This document shows, in pieces, positions 8,811-18,079 of a DNA stretch of 39,974 nucleotides. The stretch is from NCBI GenBank assembly GCA_035652355.1, contig DASRDY010000355.1, positions 1-39,974 of the forward strand. Reading direction: 5' to 3'. Made by a program: the position numbers and the translations under genes. The number at the start of each line of letters is the position of its first letter. Position 1 is the first letter of the stretch. Below the pieces are notes generated by a model. The model was not told where the DNA came from. It did no database searches and saw nothing but the letters and a program-made list of their open reading frames with translations. Origin of the DNA: Blastocatellia bacterium (GTDB lineage: Bacteria; Acidobacteriota; Blastocatellia; DASRDY01).

Positions 8811-11342
8811 ATGGGGAGTTCTATATTGGCAGATGAGTTAAGAGAGTCGACTGCATACCAGCGTTTGCGAAAACTTGTAATCTGGCTGCCCGCGGCTCTT
8901 ATCATAATTCTTATATCGCTCCAGTCCTTGAACCTGTATGTAAAACGGCGCGATGTAATCAACAACACGCAGATACGGACCACTGAGCTAACACGAATAC
9001 TGGCGGATCATATGGACAGCTCGGTTGTTGCAGCCGACACGTCGCTGAAACAACTGGCAATTCACGGCGCGAGAGTCGGCGGTCCTACCGCGCGGGCTGA
9101 GGCATGGCTTCCAATACTTCAGGCCGCAGTTGCGGGTATGTCGTACATTGGATCGCTGACCGTGACGGACGAAAACGGGATTATTCGGCATTCCACTGTG
9201 CCTGCCCTGATAGGTCAGTCTCGACACGATGATTTTCTCTTTAAAGAATTGTCGTCCAATCCGAACGCCGATCTTCTGGCGGACACGCCTTTCCTGAGTC
9301 CGTTCCATCATCAAATAATCATTCCATTAGGTCGTCGTTTGACCGATTCGAATGGCGTATTTAAAGGCGTGGTTGTGGCCACCCTTATACCAGAGATGTT
9401 TCGCGATTTTTACAAGACGATCGGTGTCGATCAGGGCGGAATAATATGGGTGATTCATTCGACTGGAATGGTGCTGTTTCGACATCCTTCGGTTGCAGGC
9501 GCAACAGAATCATCTCCAGGAAACGCGCCATTATTCTATGAAAACATCAAGCGCGACGACAGCGGCCCGTTAATTTCACGAGTCGATAATGACGGACCTG
9601 AATATATCAACGCCTGGCAATCCTTACGTCAACCGCCGATCGTGGTTGCTGTTTCGGTGAATTTAACGAATCCGCTTGGTATATGGCGACGTAATGCCAT
9701 CATCATAATTCTTCTGACCAGTTTGGTAGTTTTAATTTTGGCCGGCGCGTCGTTCCAGGTTCTAAAACAGATTGACGGGAGAATCTCCGTCGAGCGCGCG
9801 TTGTTCCAGCGCGAGCAGGAACTGGACGAGGCCCAGCGAATCGCAGGAATTGCTTCAGCCAGATTTGTGTTGCCCGGTCTGGTTGCCCGTGCGTCCTCTC
9901 AATTGTCCAATTTGCTGGGGTTTTCCGCCAGTCGAGAAGAGATATCCGTCGACGAAGTTATGGAAAAACTGGTAGAGCAGGATCGCGGCAGGTTAAAGTC
10001 CGCCTTTGACAGTTGCGTTACATCAGGCACCAGGTACCAGCTTGAGGTGAAAACGCTGGCTGACGGCGGCGACGAAAGGATTCTGTGGACAGAGGGGGCT
10101 TTCACAAAGGCTGGCGACGGGCAAGTTGCCAGCATCCTGGCAATTTTTCAGGATGTTACCAAGCAAAGGCAATTCGAACAAAAATCTGCTCAGTCGGATC
10201 GTCTGGCGGCCATCGGACGACTCACCGGCGGCGTGGCGCACGACTTTAATAATCTTTTGACGGCGATCATCGGTTACAGCGATCTGCTGATGCTGAAATT
10301 CAAGTCAAACGCCGCCGCGCGCGCAGAGATTGAAGAGATTTCAAAGGCTGGCAGGCGAGCCGCGGATCTTACCAGGCAGTTGCTTGCTTTCAGTCGCAGA
10401 CAGGTACTTCAGCCAAAAATAATCAATCTTAACCGAATCATAACTGATCTTGAGAAAATGCTTCGACGACTGATCGGCGAAGATATCGAACTGATAATCG
10501 GCCCGCATCCGTCACTGGAATTGATCAAAGCTGACCCTGGCCAGATCGAACAGATTCTAATGAACCTGGCAGTTAATGCGCGGGATGCCATGCCGTACGG
10601 TGGCAAACTGATAATAGAGACGCATAATGTCGACCTGGACGAAAGCTACGCCGAAGGACAATCAAGCGCGCATTCGGGTCGTCACGTAATGCTGGCCGTC
10701 AGCGATACCGGTTGTGGCATGGATAAGGAAACGCTTGATCACATATTTGAGCCGTTTTTCACAACCAAGGAGCAAGGCAAAGGAACCGGTCTCGGTTTGG
10801 CCACAGTTTACGGAATCGTCAAACAGAGCGGAGGCCAAGTCCGGGTTTACAGCGAAGTCGGAAAAGGCACAACGTTTAAAATCCATCTGCCGTGCACGGT
10901 CGAATCCGCGACGAAAGACAACAATGCCGTTGCGAGTCAACCAGTGAAAGGGTCGGGTTCCATCCTGGTGGTGGAAGATGATGATTCCGTGCGCAAACTG
11001 GCCAGCCGTATCCTGAACGCAAACGGATTTACGGTTCTGGAAGCAAATCACCCTGAAAAAGCGATCAGTCTTTATCGAGAACACCAGGGTAAGATTCGCC
11101 TTGTGATAACAGACGTCATCATGCCTGGCTTAAGTGGCCGTGAATTATACCAGCAGCTGATGACAATCGATGGCAATATAAAAGTGTTGTATATGTCGGG
11201 ATATACCGATGATGCGATAGTTCATCTGGGCGTGCTGGAAGCGAAAGTTCCTTTTGTCCAGAAGCCCTTCACGCCTGAAGTGTTGATGCTGAAAGTACAC
11301 GAGACGCTAGCAACGACCATGTCAAGCACGACTGCCCCTTGA
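8811..11342 (+). CDS. Hybrid sensor histidine kinase/response regulator. It has a TM-flanked periplasmic sensor, PAS, HisKA, HATPase_c and a C-terminal receiver domain.
   Basis: Two hydrophobic segments flank a ~250-aa extracytoplasmic region. The H-box is HDFNNLLTAIIGYSDLL and the G-box is GTGLGLATVYGIV. The receiver is ILVVEDDDSVRKLASRIL...ITDVIMPGLSGRELY. Confidence 0.9.
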   Translation: MGSSILADELRESTAYQRLRKLVIWLPAALIIILISLQSLNLYVKRRDVINNTQIRTTELTRILADHMDSSVVAADTSLKQLAIHGARVGGPTARAEAWLPILQAAVAGMSYIGSLTVTDENGIIRHSTVPALIGQSRHDDFLFKELSSNPNADLLADTPFLSPFHHQIIIPLGRRLTDSNGVFKGVVVATLIPEMFRDFYKTIGVDQGGIIWVIHSTGMVLFRHPSVAGATESSPGNAPLFYENIKRDDSGPLISRVDNDGPEYINAWQSLRQPPIVVAVSVNLTNPLGIWRRNAIIIILLTSLVVLILAGASFQVLKQIDGRISVERALFQREQELDEAQRIAGIASARFVLPGLVARASSQLSNLLGFSASREEISVDEVMEKLVEQDRGRLKSAFDSCVTSGTRYQLEVKTLADGGDERILWTEGAFTKAGDGQVASILAIFQDVTKQRQFEQKSAQSDRLAAIGRLTGGVAHDFNNLLTAIIGYSDLLMLKFKSNAAARAEIEEISKAGRRAADLTRQLLAFSRRQVLQPKIINLNRIITDLEKMLRRLIGEDIELIIGPHPSLELIKADPGQIEQILMNLAVNARDAMPYGGKLIIETHNVDLDESYAEGQSSAHSGRHVMLAVSDTGCGMDKETLDHIFEPFFTTKEQGKGTGLGLATVYGIVKQSGGQVRVYSEVGKGTTFKIHLPCTVESATKDNNAVASQPVKGSGSILVVEDDDSVRKLASRILNANGFTVLEANHPEKAISLYREHQGKIRLVITDVIMPGLSGRELYQQLMTIDGNIKVLYMSGYTDDAIVHLGVLEAKVPFVQKPFTPEVLMLKVHETLATTMSSTTAP

Positions 11343-11356
11343 GCTTAATGAACCCT

Positions 11357-11381
11357 GTGGCGGACCATGCAGGTCCGCCAC
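11357..11381. terminator. Perfect 10-bp stem, 5-nt loop hairpin between two convergent genes; possibly a bidirectional terminator, but it has no U-tract.
   Basis: The sequence is gtggcggacc-atgca-ggtccgccac. It lies between the histidine kinase stop at 11342 and the MCP stop at 11396. Confidence 0.4.
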
Positions 11382-11395
11382 GATCGTGAATTCGA

Positions 11396-12940
11396 TTAGT
11401 GTATTTTATCCGAGGAAATTCCCTTAAAGCCGTTAGATGATCCTGCGGTTGTTACAACCGGTCTTTGGAGATTCGAAGCCAATTTGAACTCCGCAACCAA
11501 ACCGTGCAGTTCGTCCGCCTGGCTGCTCAATTCCTGAGCCGCGCTGGAAGATTCCTCGGCAGCCGCAGCCGTTTGTTGAGTCACCATGCTTACCCGGTCT
11601 ATCGCCTTGCTTATCTGATCCGCGCCATGTTTCTGCTGCTCGGATGAGCCTTCAATTTCTGACATAACGTCTCTAACTTTGGCTACCTGTTTGTTAATCT
11701 CGGAAAGGTCGTGTAATACCTCTTCGTTTACACCGCCGCCGCTTTCGGCGTTCTTTACCGATTGTTCGATCAGGCTGGCGGTGTTTTTGGCAGCTTCGGC
11801 GCTACGGATTGCAAGATTTCGTACTTCTTCGGCCACAACCGCAAAGCCTTTACCGGCATCGCCGGCGCGCGCAGCCTCGACCGCGGCATTCAAGGCCAGC
11901 AGGTTTGTTTGAAACGCGATTTCGTCGATTGTCTTGACGATTTTTGCGGTCGATTTTGCTGACGATTTAATCTTGTCGATGGCGTCCGACAGCTTTTGCA
12001 TGCTTTCGAACCCGCGTGTTGTCCATTCGTTCGCCGACTCTGTCAATCGCCTGGCTTCTCTGGCGTTGTCGGCGTTTTTCCTGGCAATTGAAACCATTTC
12101 CTGCGATCCGCTTGACATTTCCTCGACCGAGGCCGCCTGCTGCGATGATCCTGTGGCAAGGCTCTGACTGCTCTCGTTAATTTGGTAGGCTGCCGAAGTA
12201 AATTCTCCCGCGGCGATGGAAACCTGTTGAAGCACGGATGATAGTTGGTCCAGGGCAACATTCAGGCTGTTTTTGAGGGCTGCATATTCCCCTTTGAAAT
12301 TTCCCTGAATTCTGGCGGTCAGATCCTGTTTTGCGACTCGATCGAATACCCGCGTGGCCTCATCAAACAGTTTTGCCCGTGATTCGCTGGCGGCAGTGGA
12401 GCAAAGGGCCATATCCAGATGAACCAGTCGGCCAAAGGCTCCGCTAAATTCTTCCAACTCATCCATCGAAGCTCCGGCTGTTTTTACCGCGTCATACATA
12501 AAGCGTTTGATGATCTCGTACATCGCTATGTACCAGTTCATATCCAGATTTATATTGTCGTGTGCAACCGCGACCGTCGTTCGGTACGAAATGTACTCGT
12601 CATCGACACGTCCGTTCAACATCGTACGCAGGTATTCGGTTATGCGTGGCCTTTGCTTTTCGACGGTTGTATATTTATTAAGAATGCCAAGTGTTTTCGG
12701 CGTCCCGCTTACATGCCGATAGAACTCCACGATCATTGGCTCAACGAATTTCTCGCACGTCGGCTGCCAGGATTTGATGACACCCAAATCCTTCTCGGTT
12801 AAGCCATGATAATTGATTTTCTCTCGGAGCTCTGGATTGCTTACGTTAATTGTTCCAGGTGTAACTGTTCTTACCGGTTTTGAGGACAGAACTTCACTAT
12901 CTTGCTGTTTGGGTTGTCCTTTTCGCGAGAAAAGCCGCAT
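11396..12940 (-). CDS. Globin-coupled sensor, HemAT-like: a protoglobin domain fused to a methyl-accepting chemotaxis signalling domain.
   Basis: The C-terminal MCP signalling motif is [34 protein letters not shown]. The N-terminal domain with [28 protein letters not shown] resembles protoglobin sensors. The start was moved to the ATG at 12940 (MRLFSRKG), which has GGAGG 7 nt upstream; the ORF track starts it earlier, at 13024. Confidence 0.8.
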   Translation of the reverse strand: MRLFSRKGQPKQQDSEVLSSKPVRTVTPGTINVSNPELREKINYHGLTEKDLGVIKSWQPTCEKFVEPMIVEFYRHVSGTPKTLGILNKYTTVEKQRPRITEYLRTMLNGRVDDEYISYRTTVAVAHDNINLDMNWYIAMYEIIKRFMYDAVKTAGASMDELEEFSGAFGRLVHLDMALCSTAASESRAKLFDEATRVFDRVAKQDLTARIQGNFKGEYAALKNSLNVALDQLSSVLQQVSIAAGEFTSAAYQINESSQSLATGSSQQAASVEEMSSGSQEMVSIARKNADNAREARRLTESANEWTTRGFESMQKLSDAIDKIKSSAKSTAKIVKTIDEIAFQTNLLALNAAVEAARAGDAGKGFAVVAEEVRNLAIRSAEAAKNTASLIEQSVKNAESGGGVNEEVLHDLSEINKQVAKVRDVMSEIEGSSEQQKHGADQISKAIDRVSMVTQQTAAAAEESSSAAQELSSQADELHGLVAEFKLASNLQRPVVTTAGSSNGFKGISSDKIH

Positions 12941-13508
12941 AAACAACCTCCTTGTTCGTAGTTTTTGTCCCCATTTTTGCGAACGGTTTTGTGTCCGCTT
13001 GTCAGGCAACCGAAACTTACACAAGTTGCCACCCCACGTCCCTTATCGGTTGTTACGGAACGTACATTAGTGAGCGTTCCACCAATTATGAGTTTTATGA
13101 AGCTGTTTCAAAGGGTTAGAGACACACCCGGCATTCTTATGTCGTGAAGTTAGCGCAGAACCAGCTTCGCCAGCAAATCTTCATTCAGCCGTTACCGGAG
13201 ACTGTCAATCAACTTGCTGGCAAGGACCAAAAGACGGCAGCAAGTATCGAATTCCCGTACCGGCACGACTTGTATATTTATTCGTAAACGCAATCCGCCG
13301 TGGAGAAGAATGGATCCCTCCGAAGTCATAGCCGTTGAACGGCTTACAAGCGGACTGTCACTCGCCGAATTCCGAATCCTGCAAACGAAACCGAAACCGG
13401 TGGACGGAACTTCCTGCGCGGCATTTCGTATACTATAATGCATACGCTCACGGAAACGCGGCAATGCAGTAGGTCGAAAATCAACCGCGACGAGCGTAGG
13501 GCGTAAAG

Positions 13509-14207
13509 ATGAGCGCCTATTTCATTATACCAATTCTCCTCCTCGCGATTGTCGCACTTGCGATTTATCAGTGGCAGCGAACCTTATCCAATAAAGCCAA
13601 TGATAGCCAGATAACTCCCGCGCGACACGGCGGACTTTTTTCGGTGGAGGAAAAATCTGAAGCGCGTGTACGCCCGCTGAAGAACAAGCAGGAACAAGAA
13701 GCGGAAAGACCTGGCGATCTAATTGCGCGTGCACGCTCAGGCGATATGACTGCGCTGGTCGAGGCAAATGAAAAGGGAGATCGTAATCTTTATTATAACG
13801 TGCTGGATGCCCTGGCGGACTGGGCTTCCGAATCGCCTGAGCAATTGAAATCTCTAGCCTCTTACGTCATTGAGAATGACGGGCTGCGCTCGAACAGAAA
13901 TCTGGCGCAGAGCCTGATTGAAATCTGGCAATCCGCCCCCAGCCGCCGATTGACTGCCGATATGCTGCGTGTCGCTGCTCTTTCGGACGATGCTGATTCG
14001 TATGAAGAGGCTGTGGAAATGGCGCTGTTGTTCTGGCGCAATGATGCGTTCAGGATGACGGCGGACGAGCTTCGCTCGCTTATTGAAGCCGAGTACTGGT
14101 TACTGTCGGCGGAAGCGCGAAGCTCTGGCGCAGGGTTTATGTTGAAACGCAAGCTTGCCGAAGCTCGTCGCGAGTTAAGCGCGGCAGATCGTCGAGCTGT
14201 CAATTGA
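13509..14207 (+). CDS. Hypothetical protein, 232 aa, with an N-terminal TM anchor and a helical remainder; possible partner of the flotillin gene that follows.
   Basis: This is a long ORF. The N-terminus MSAYFIIPILLLAIVALAIY is hydrophobic. It sits just upstream of the SPFH/flotillin gene on the same strand. No recognisable catalytic motif was seen. Confidence 0.5.
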   Translation: MSAYFIIPILLLAIVALAIYQWQRTLSNKANDSQITPARHGGLFSVEEKSEARVRPLKNKQEQEAERPGDLIARARSGDMTALVEANEKGDRNLYYNVLDALADWASESPEQLKSLASYVIENDGLRSNRNLAQSLIEIWQSAPSRRLTADMLRVAALSDDADSYEEAVEMALLFWRNDAFRMTADELRSLIEAEYWLLSAEARSSGAGFMLKRKLAEARRELSAADRRAVN

Positions 14208-14303
14208 GAGATCATTAATCGCTCTATTCAGAAGTGCTCTCTCATCTTCTAATGAGAAACTGAAAAGCATCTCTAACAGTCCGATATTAAATCGAGGACA
14301 ATT

Positions 14304-16508
14304 ATGAACAATTCCAGTTTGGAAACTATTCTTCCGTTCCTTTTCCTTGGGTTCATCGCCCTGATTGTATTGCTCATCATATTGAGCCGCGTTCTGGTCA
14401 ACGTCGGTGCGCGCGAAATCGCGATCAAGGAACGGCGTTACGTCGGGGCAAAGATGCCTCCGGGTCGAGTCGTGGCAACCGAAGGAGAAGTTGGAATTCA
14501 GGCCGATGTGCTGAAACCAGGGCTTCACTTTATTCGATACCCGTTCGAACGTGTTGTTAAAAAAGTGCCGCTTATCGAGGTCGGCTCTGACGAGCTCGGC
14601 ATTATCGAAGCAGTAGACGGCGAGCCGATGCCTCCGGGGCTGATGTTCGCGCCGGATCGCGCGCAAAACGCTCATAATAATTTTCAGGATCCGATCGCGT
14701 TTATCAAACGCGGCGGTGTGAAAGGCATCCAGTTACGCGCGCTGCCGCCGGGACTGTGGCCGATTCACCCCTATCTGTTCAGGGTTTCTGTAGCCAAGAC
14801 GACTGTTATTCCACAGGGTCAAGTGGGAATCGTTACCGCTGCTGGCGGCGCTCCGCTGGACTCGGGCAGACTGCTTGCTAAGGCAATCGAAGGCCACCTG
14901 GATTTTCAGAACGCTGAGCAGTTTATTGCCTCCGGCGGACAAAAGGGACCGCAGGTCGATATCCTGACGCCGGGCACATACAGGATTCTGACGGATTCGG
15001 TCTCTCTGGAAGACAAGCGGATTATGAAACCAGGGCTTTTCACGATCAAACTTTGGAATGCGACGGTCATCAGTGAGAATCAGATTGGACTGGTTGAAGC
15101 GCTGGACGGCGCGCCGCTCAATCCAAAGAATTACGTGGCCGAGCCTGTCGAAGGGCATGATAACTTTCAGGATGGACACGAATTCATAGGCCGGAACGGA
15201 CAGCGCGGGCCGCAAAAGGATATCCTGCTGCCTGGCACTTACTACATCAATCCTTTGCTCTTTAAGGTAATCCCGGAAAGCGCCAAGGAAGTAAAGCCCG
15301 GCGAGGTCGCGGTAATTGTTTCGAACGTCGGCAAAGATCCATCCGAAGATGTGCGCAAACGGATGGCGGACAAAGTCCGGGAAAGAATGGAGCGCGAGGA
15401 AAAAGAGCAAGTCGCTACGATCGTCGCCAAACTGGACAAACTGGACGACTCTCGAAACATGGAAGAGATTAAAGAGGAGTTGATGGCTGGCGACCCGGCT
15501 GATCGACGCCTTGATGAAGGAGCCCACGAGGCATACGTGGTACCTGACGGCTATCGCGGCATACAGGAGACGGTCGTGGGTCCGGGACGCTATTACGTCA
15601 ACACTCTGGCTGTAAGTCCCATCGTATTACCCACAACAAACCAGACGGTCGAATGGACAACTGAAGATACCGCGAACACGTTTAACCCATTCGAGGTGAT
15701 TTCCAAGGACGGCTTTACGATGCAGCTCGAAGTTCGCGTAGTCTTTCGCGTGAAACCGGAAGACGCGCCGTTCATGGTTGCCAAAATCGGCTCGATAGAC
15801 CGATTGGTTCAAAATGTGATGCACCCGCTGATTGACTCGATTTTCCGTAACCAGGCGTCGGAGTCATCGGCGATGGCGTATCTGCAAAACCGTCACGAGG
15901 AACAGGAACGAGCTGAAGCCAAGGTAAGGGCGCATCTGCTCAAATATCATGTCGATGTCGTGAATGTTCTGATCTGTCATATTCACCTTCCGGAAGAACT
16001 GATGAAGACGCAGACAGAGAAGATCCTGGCTGAACAGAAACAGGGCATGTTCGACGCACAGCGCGAAGCCGAAGAGAAGCGCATCCAACTGGAGAGAACA
16101 AAGGCCCACGCCGACAATCAGAAAGACCTGATGCACGCGACAGTGGGTGTCGAAATCGCCGCTAAGCAATCAGAGCAGCGTAAGAACCAGGCAGATGGTG
16201 AGGCGCATTACATTCTGGCAACCGGTAAGGCTGAGGCTGAAAAGGTCCGCCTGATGGGTGAAGCCCAGGGTGTTGCCTATCACGAGCAAGTTGCGGCTCT
16301 TGGTCCACAAGGGGTTGCTTTGATCGAGACCTTAAAAGTGATCGGCTCTGGCGGGATACGTATCACTCCGGATGTGATGGCATCCGGTGGTAATGGCGAT
16401 TCCGGCGGCATCGGACAGCTGTTGTTATTGAATCTGTTCAAGGAGCGGATGGGTGGTCAGCTCACTGCTGAAAACGGAGCCGCAGCCATCGCGAAGAAGG
16501 GCAACTAG
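14304..16508 (+). CDS. SPFH/band-7, flotillin-like membrane protein (YqiK-type) with three internal ~45-aa repeats.
   Basis: It has an N-terminal TM segment. The C-terminal region EQKQGMFDAQREAEEKRIQLERTKAHADNQKDL...GEAHYILATGKAEAEKVRLMGEAQG is flotillin-like. The unit GHxNFQDxxxFIxxGGxKGPQ...LxPGTY occurs three times. Confidence 0.8.
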   Translation: MNNSSLETILPFLFLGFIALIVLLIILSRVLVNVGAREIAIKERRYVGAKMPPGRVVATEGEVGIQADVLKPGLHFIRYPFERVVKKVPLIEVGSDELGIIEAVDGEPMPPGLMFAPDRAQNAHNNFQDPIAFIKRGGVKGIQLRALPPGLWPIHPYLFRVSVAKTTVIPQGQVGIVTAAGGAPLDSGRLLAKAIEGHLDFQNAEQFIASGGQKGPQVDILTPGTYRILTDSVSLEDKRIMKPGLFTIKLWNATVISENQIGLVEALDGAPLNPKNYVAEPVEGHDNFQDGHEFIGRNGQRGPQKDILLPGTYYINPLLFKVIPESAKEVKPGEVAVIVSNVGKDPSEDVRKRMADKVRERMEREEKEQVATIVAKLDKLDDSRNMEEIKEELMAGDPADRRLDEGAHEAYVVPDGYRGIQETVVGPGRYYVNTLAVSPIVLPTTNQTVEWTTEDTANTFNPFEVISKDGFTMQLEVRVVFRVKPEDAPFMVAKIGSIDRLVQNVMHPLIDSIFRNQASESSAMAYLQNRHEEQERAEAKVRAHLLKYHVDVVNVLICHIHLPEELMKTQTEKILAEQKQGMFDAQREAEEKRIQLERTKAHADNQKDLMHATVGVEIAAKQSEQRKNQADGEAHYILATGKAEAEKVRLMGEAQGVAYHEQVAALGPQGVALIETLKVIGSGGIRITPDVMASGGNGDSGGIGQLLLLNLFKERMGGQLTAENGAAAIAKKGN

Positions 16509-16536
16509 GTTTTTTTTGGTTCACAGTTAAACTGCC

Positions 16537-16568
16537 GGCCTGCTCGAAAGGGCAGGCCTTTATTTTTG
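16537..16568 (+). terminator. Rho-independent terminator after the flotillin gene.
   Basis: The stem is ggcctgc/gcaggcc with a tcgaaagg loop, followed by tttatttttg. Confidence 0.75.
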
Positions 16569-16633
16569 TCATCGTGCCGATATGTTCTTTGAAGAGTTTT
16601 TTAAGGCCGCTTCGGATCTCAATTACGTAACAC

Positions 16634-17551
16634 ATGGTAGTGGCAGCCAAGCTACAAACAGCGAAACGAGCGATTCCTGCCTATCAAGGCTGGGCGCCGT
16701 TAATTGTGTTTCCCGCGGCAGTATTGATCCTTACGCCCGGCACGTGGCCACGCTGGGCTTTTATGTGGCTGCTGGCGTTTGTAATTTTTGCAGGCTGCAA
16801 ATGGCTGACCTGGCGGCGCACTCCTGCGCCCGATGCAAAATGGTGGCAACATGCAGGGTATCTTTTGGCCTGGCCGGGACTCGATGCAAAGGCGTTTCTC
16901 AGCGCGCAACGATTGCCTAAAGATGCCCGTCCCTCTGCGCGTGAATGGTTGTCGGCGTTTATCAAGATCATCATTGGCGTTTTTACGTTGTGGATCATCG
17001 CACCACGCGTTTCAGTCGATCAGGTCATCCTGCGTGGCTGGCTCGGAATGATTGGATTGATTTTTATTCTTCATTTGGGTTCGCTTCATTTGCTCAGTTG
17101 CGTGTGGCGATCGGTAGGAATCGACGCGCGGCCATTAATGAAATCGCCATTGCTGTCCACCAGCGTCAGCGAGTTCTGGGGTCGACGATGGAACACGGCA
17201 TTTCGTGATTTGACTCACCGCTTTCTTTTCAAACCGTTGAGTTCCAGTATCGGCCCGAAATGGGCAATTATCGCGGGCTTCATATTCAGCGGATTGGTTC
17301 ACGATCTTGTAATCTCAGTGCCCGCTCGCGGAGGCTATGGTGGGCCAACGATATTCTTCGTCGCGCAATCGTTGGCGATCTTTATTGAGCGCTCGTCTTT
17401 CGGCCGGACGATAGGATTAATGCGAGGCTGGCGCGGCTGGCTCTTTACCATGGCGGCGCTGATTCTGCCGGCGTACGGATTATTCCATCCGCCGTTCATT
17501 AGAAACATAATTATTCCGTTTCTGCAGGCACTTGGCGCGCTCAAAAATTAG
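16634..17551 (+). CDS. Polytopic membrane protein; possibly an MBOAT_2/wax-synthase-like membrane O-acyltransferase.
   Basis: It is a 305-aa multi-TM protein. It contains FWGRRWN followed by a hydrophobic segment bearing a His (GLVHDLVIS). The family assignment is recalled from memory and was not searched. Confidence 0.55.
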   Translation: MVVAAKLQTAKRAIPAYQGWAPLIVFPAAVLILTPGTWPRWAFMWLLAFVIFAGCKWLTWRRTPAPDAKWWQHAGYLLAWPGLDAKAFLSAQRLPKDARPSAREWLSAFIKIIIGVFTLWIIAPRVSVDQVILRGWLGMIGLIFILHLGSLHLLSCVWRSVGIDARPLMKSPLLSTSVSEFWGRRWNTAFRDLTHRFLFKPLSSSIGPKWAIIAGFIFSGLVHDLVISVPARGGYGGPTIFFVAQSLAIFIERSSFGRTIGLMRGWRGWLFTMAALILPAYGLFHPPFIRNIIIPFLQALGALKN

Positions 17552-17566
17552 CAGCCGGAGGCAACG

Positions 17567-17980
17567 GTGAAATTAAGTTTGGTCACATTGATCTATATCG
17601 CCGGAGCGGGACAGCTATTCATTCTGATCGCCTCGTCGCTGGTGCCATTTCAATTAAAGTGGAAGACTGAGCTTGCTGTTCTTTCTCGATTGCATCGCCA
17701 AATGTATTGGGTATACGGCGGCTATGTTGTACTGTCTATTATCGCATTCAGCCTGATCAGTCTTTTCAACGCTAAGGAACTTGCCAGTGGCAGCGGTCTT
17801 GCCCGCGGCGTCTGCGCATACATCGCGGTTTTCTGGGGCATTCGTCTCGGGCTCCAGGCCATATTTGATGTTAAGGAGCACCTGAGCGCCTGGTGGTTGA
17901 AACTGGGATATTGCGGTCTCACTGTTTTATTCGCCTTCTTCACTATCTTGTACGGCTACATCGCTATCAGAACACTATAG
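17567..17980 (+). CDS. Small four-TM membrane protein, hypothetical.
   Basis: GTG start with GGAGG 5 nt upstream. The product is predicted to have four hydrophobic helices. Confidence 0.5.
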   Translation: MKLSLVTLIYIAGAGQLFILIASSLVPFQLKWKTELAVLSRLHRQMYWVYGGYVVLSIIAFSLISLFNAKELASGSGLARGVCAYIAVFWGIRLGLQAIFDVKEHLSAWWLKLGYCGLTVLFAFFTILYGYIAIRTL

Positions 17981-18079
17981 TTGCCAAAAACGTAGACGCC
18001 TGCCGTAAAATCGCGTTACCATGATTTTCGCAACGGTCCACGCAACGATTCTCGAACATCATCATTAAGGCTGGGCACT

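Noticed and set aside
8290-8983. Small ORFs (8290-8505 minus, 8570-8761 plus, 8741-8983 minus) in the gap before the histidine kinase.
   Set aside because: No RBS, no recognisable motifs, and 8741-8983 overlaps the kinase start on the opposite strand. They are kept only as part of the ORF-free-region observation.
9899-11084. Minus-strand ORFs inside the histidine kinase gene (9899-10135, 10023-10241, 10409-10606, 10662-11084).
   Set aside because: They are antisense to a well-supported kinase with H-, N-, G-box and receiver motifs.
11465-12802. Plus-strand ORFs (11679-11912, 12419-12802 and others) inside the MCP gene.
   Set aside because: They are antisense to the MCP signalling and protoglobin domains.
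12941-13024. Upstream extension of the MCP ORF ([28 protein letters not shown]).
   Set aside because: This Arg-rich extension has no RBS, whereas the ATG at 12940 has GGAGG at optimal spacing.
14175-16169. Minus-strand ORFs of 166 and 264 aa (14175-14675, 14733-15527) and others antisense to the flotillin gene.
   Set aside because: They overlap the flotillin ORF, which has clear SPFH/flotillin motifs; their products are Arg/Leu-rich with no motifs.
16582-17544. Overlapping ORFs on both strands around the MBOAT-like gene (16582-16920, 16684-16998, 16833-17051, 16945-17208, 17335-17544).
   Set aside because: They lie within or antisense to the 305-aa multi-TM ORF, which has better start context and hydropathy periodicity.
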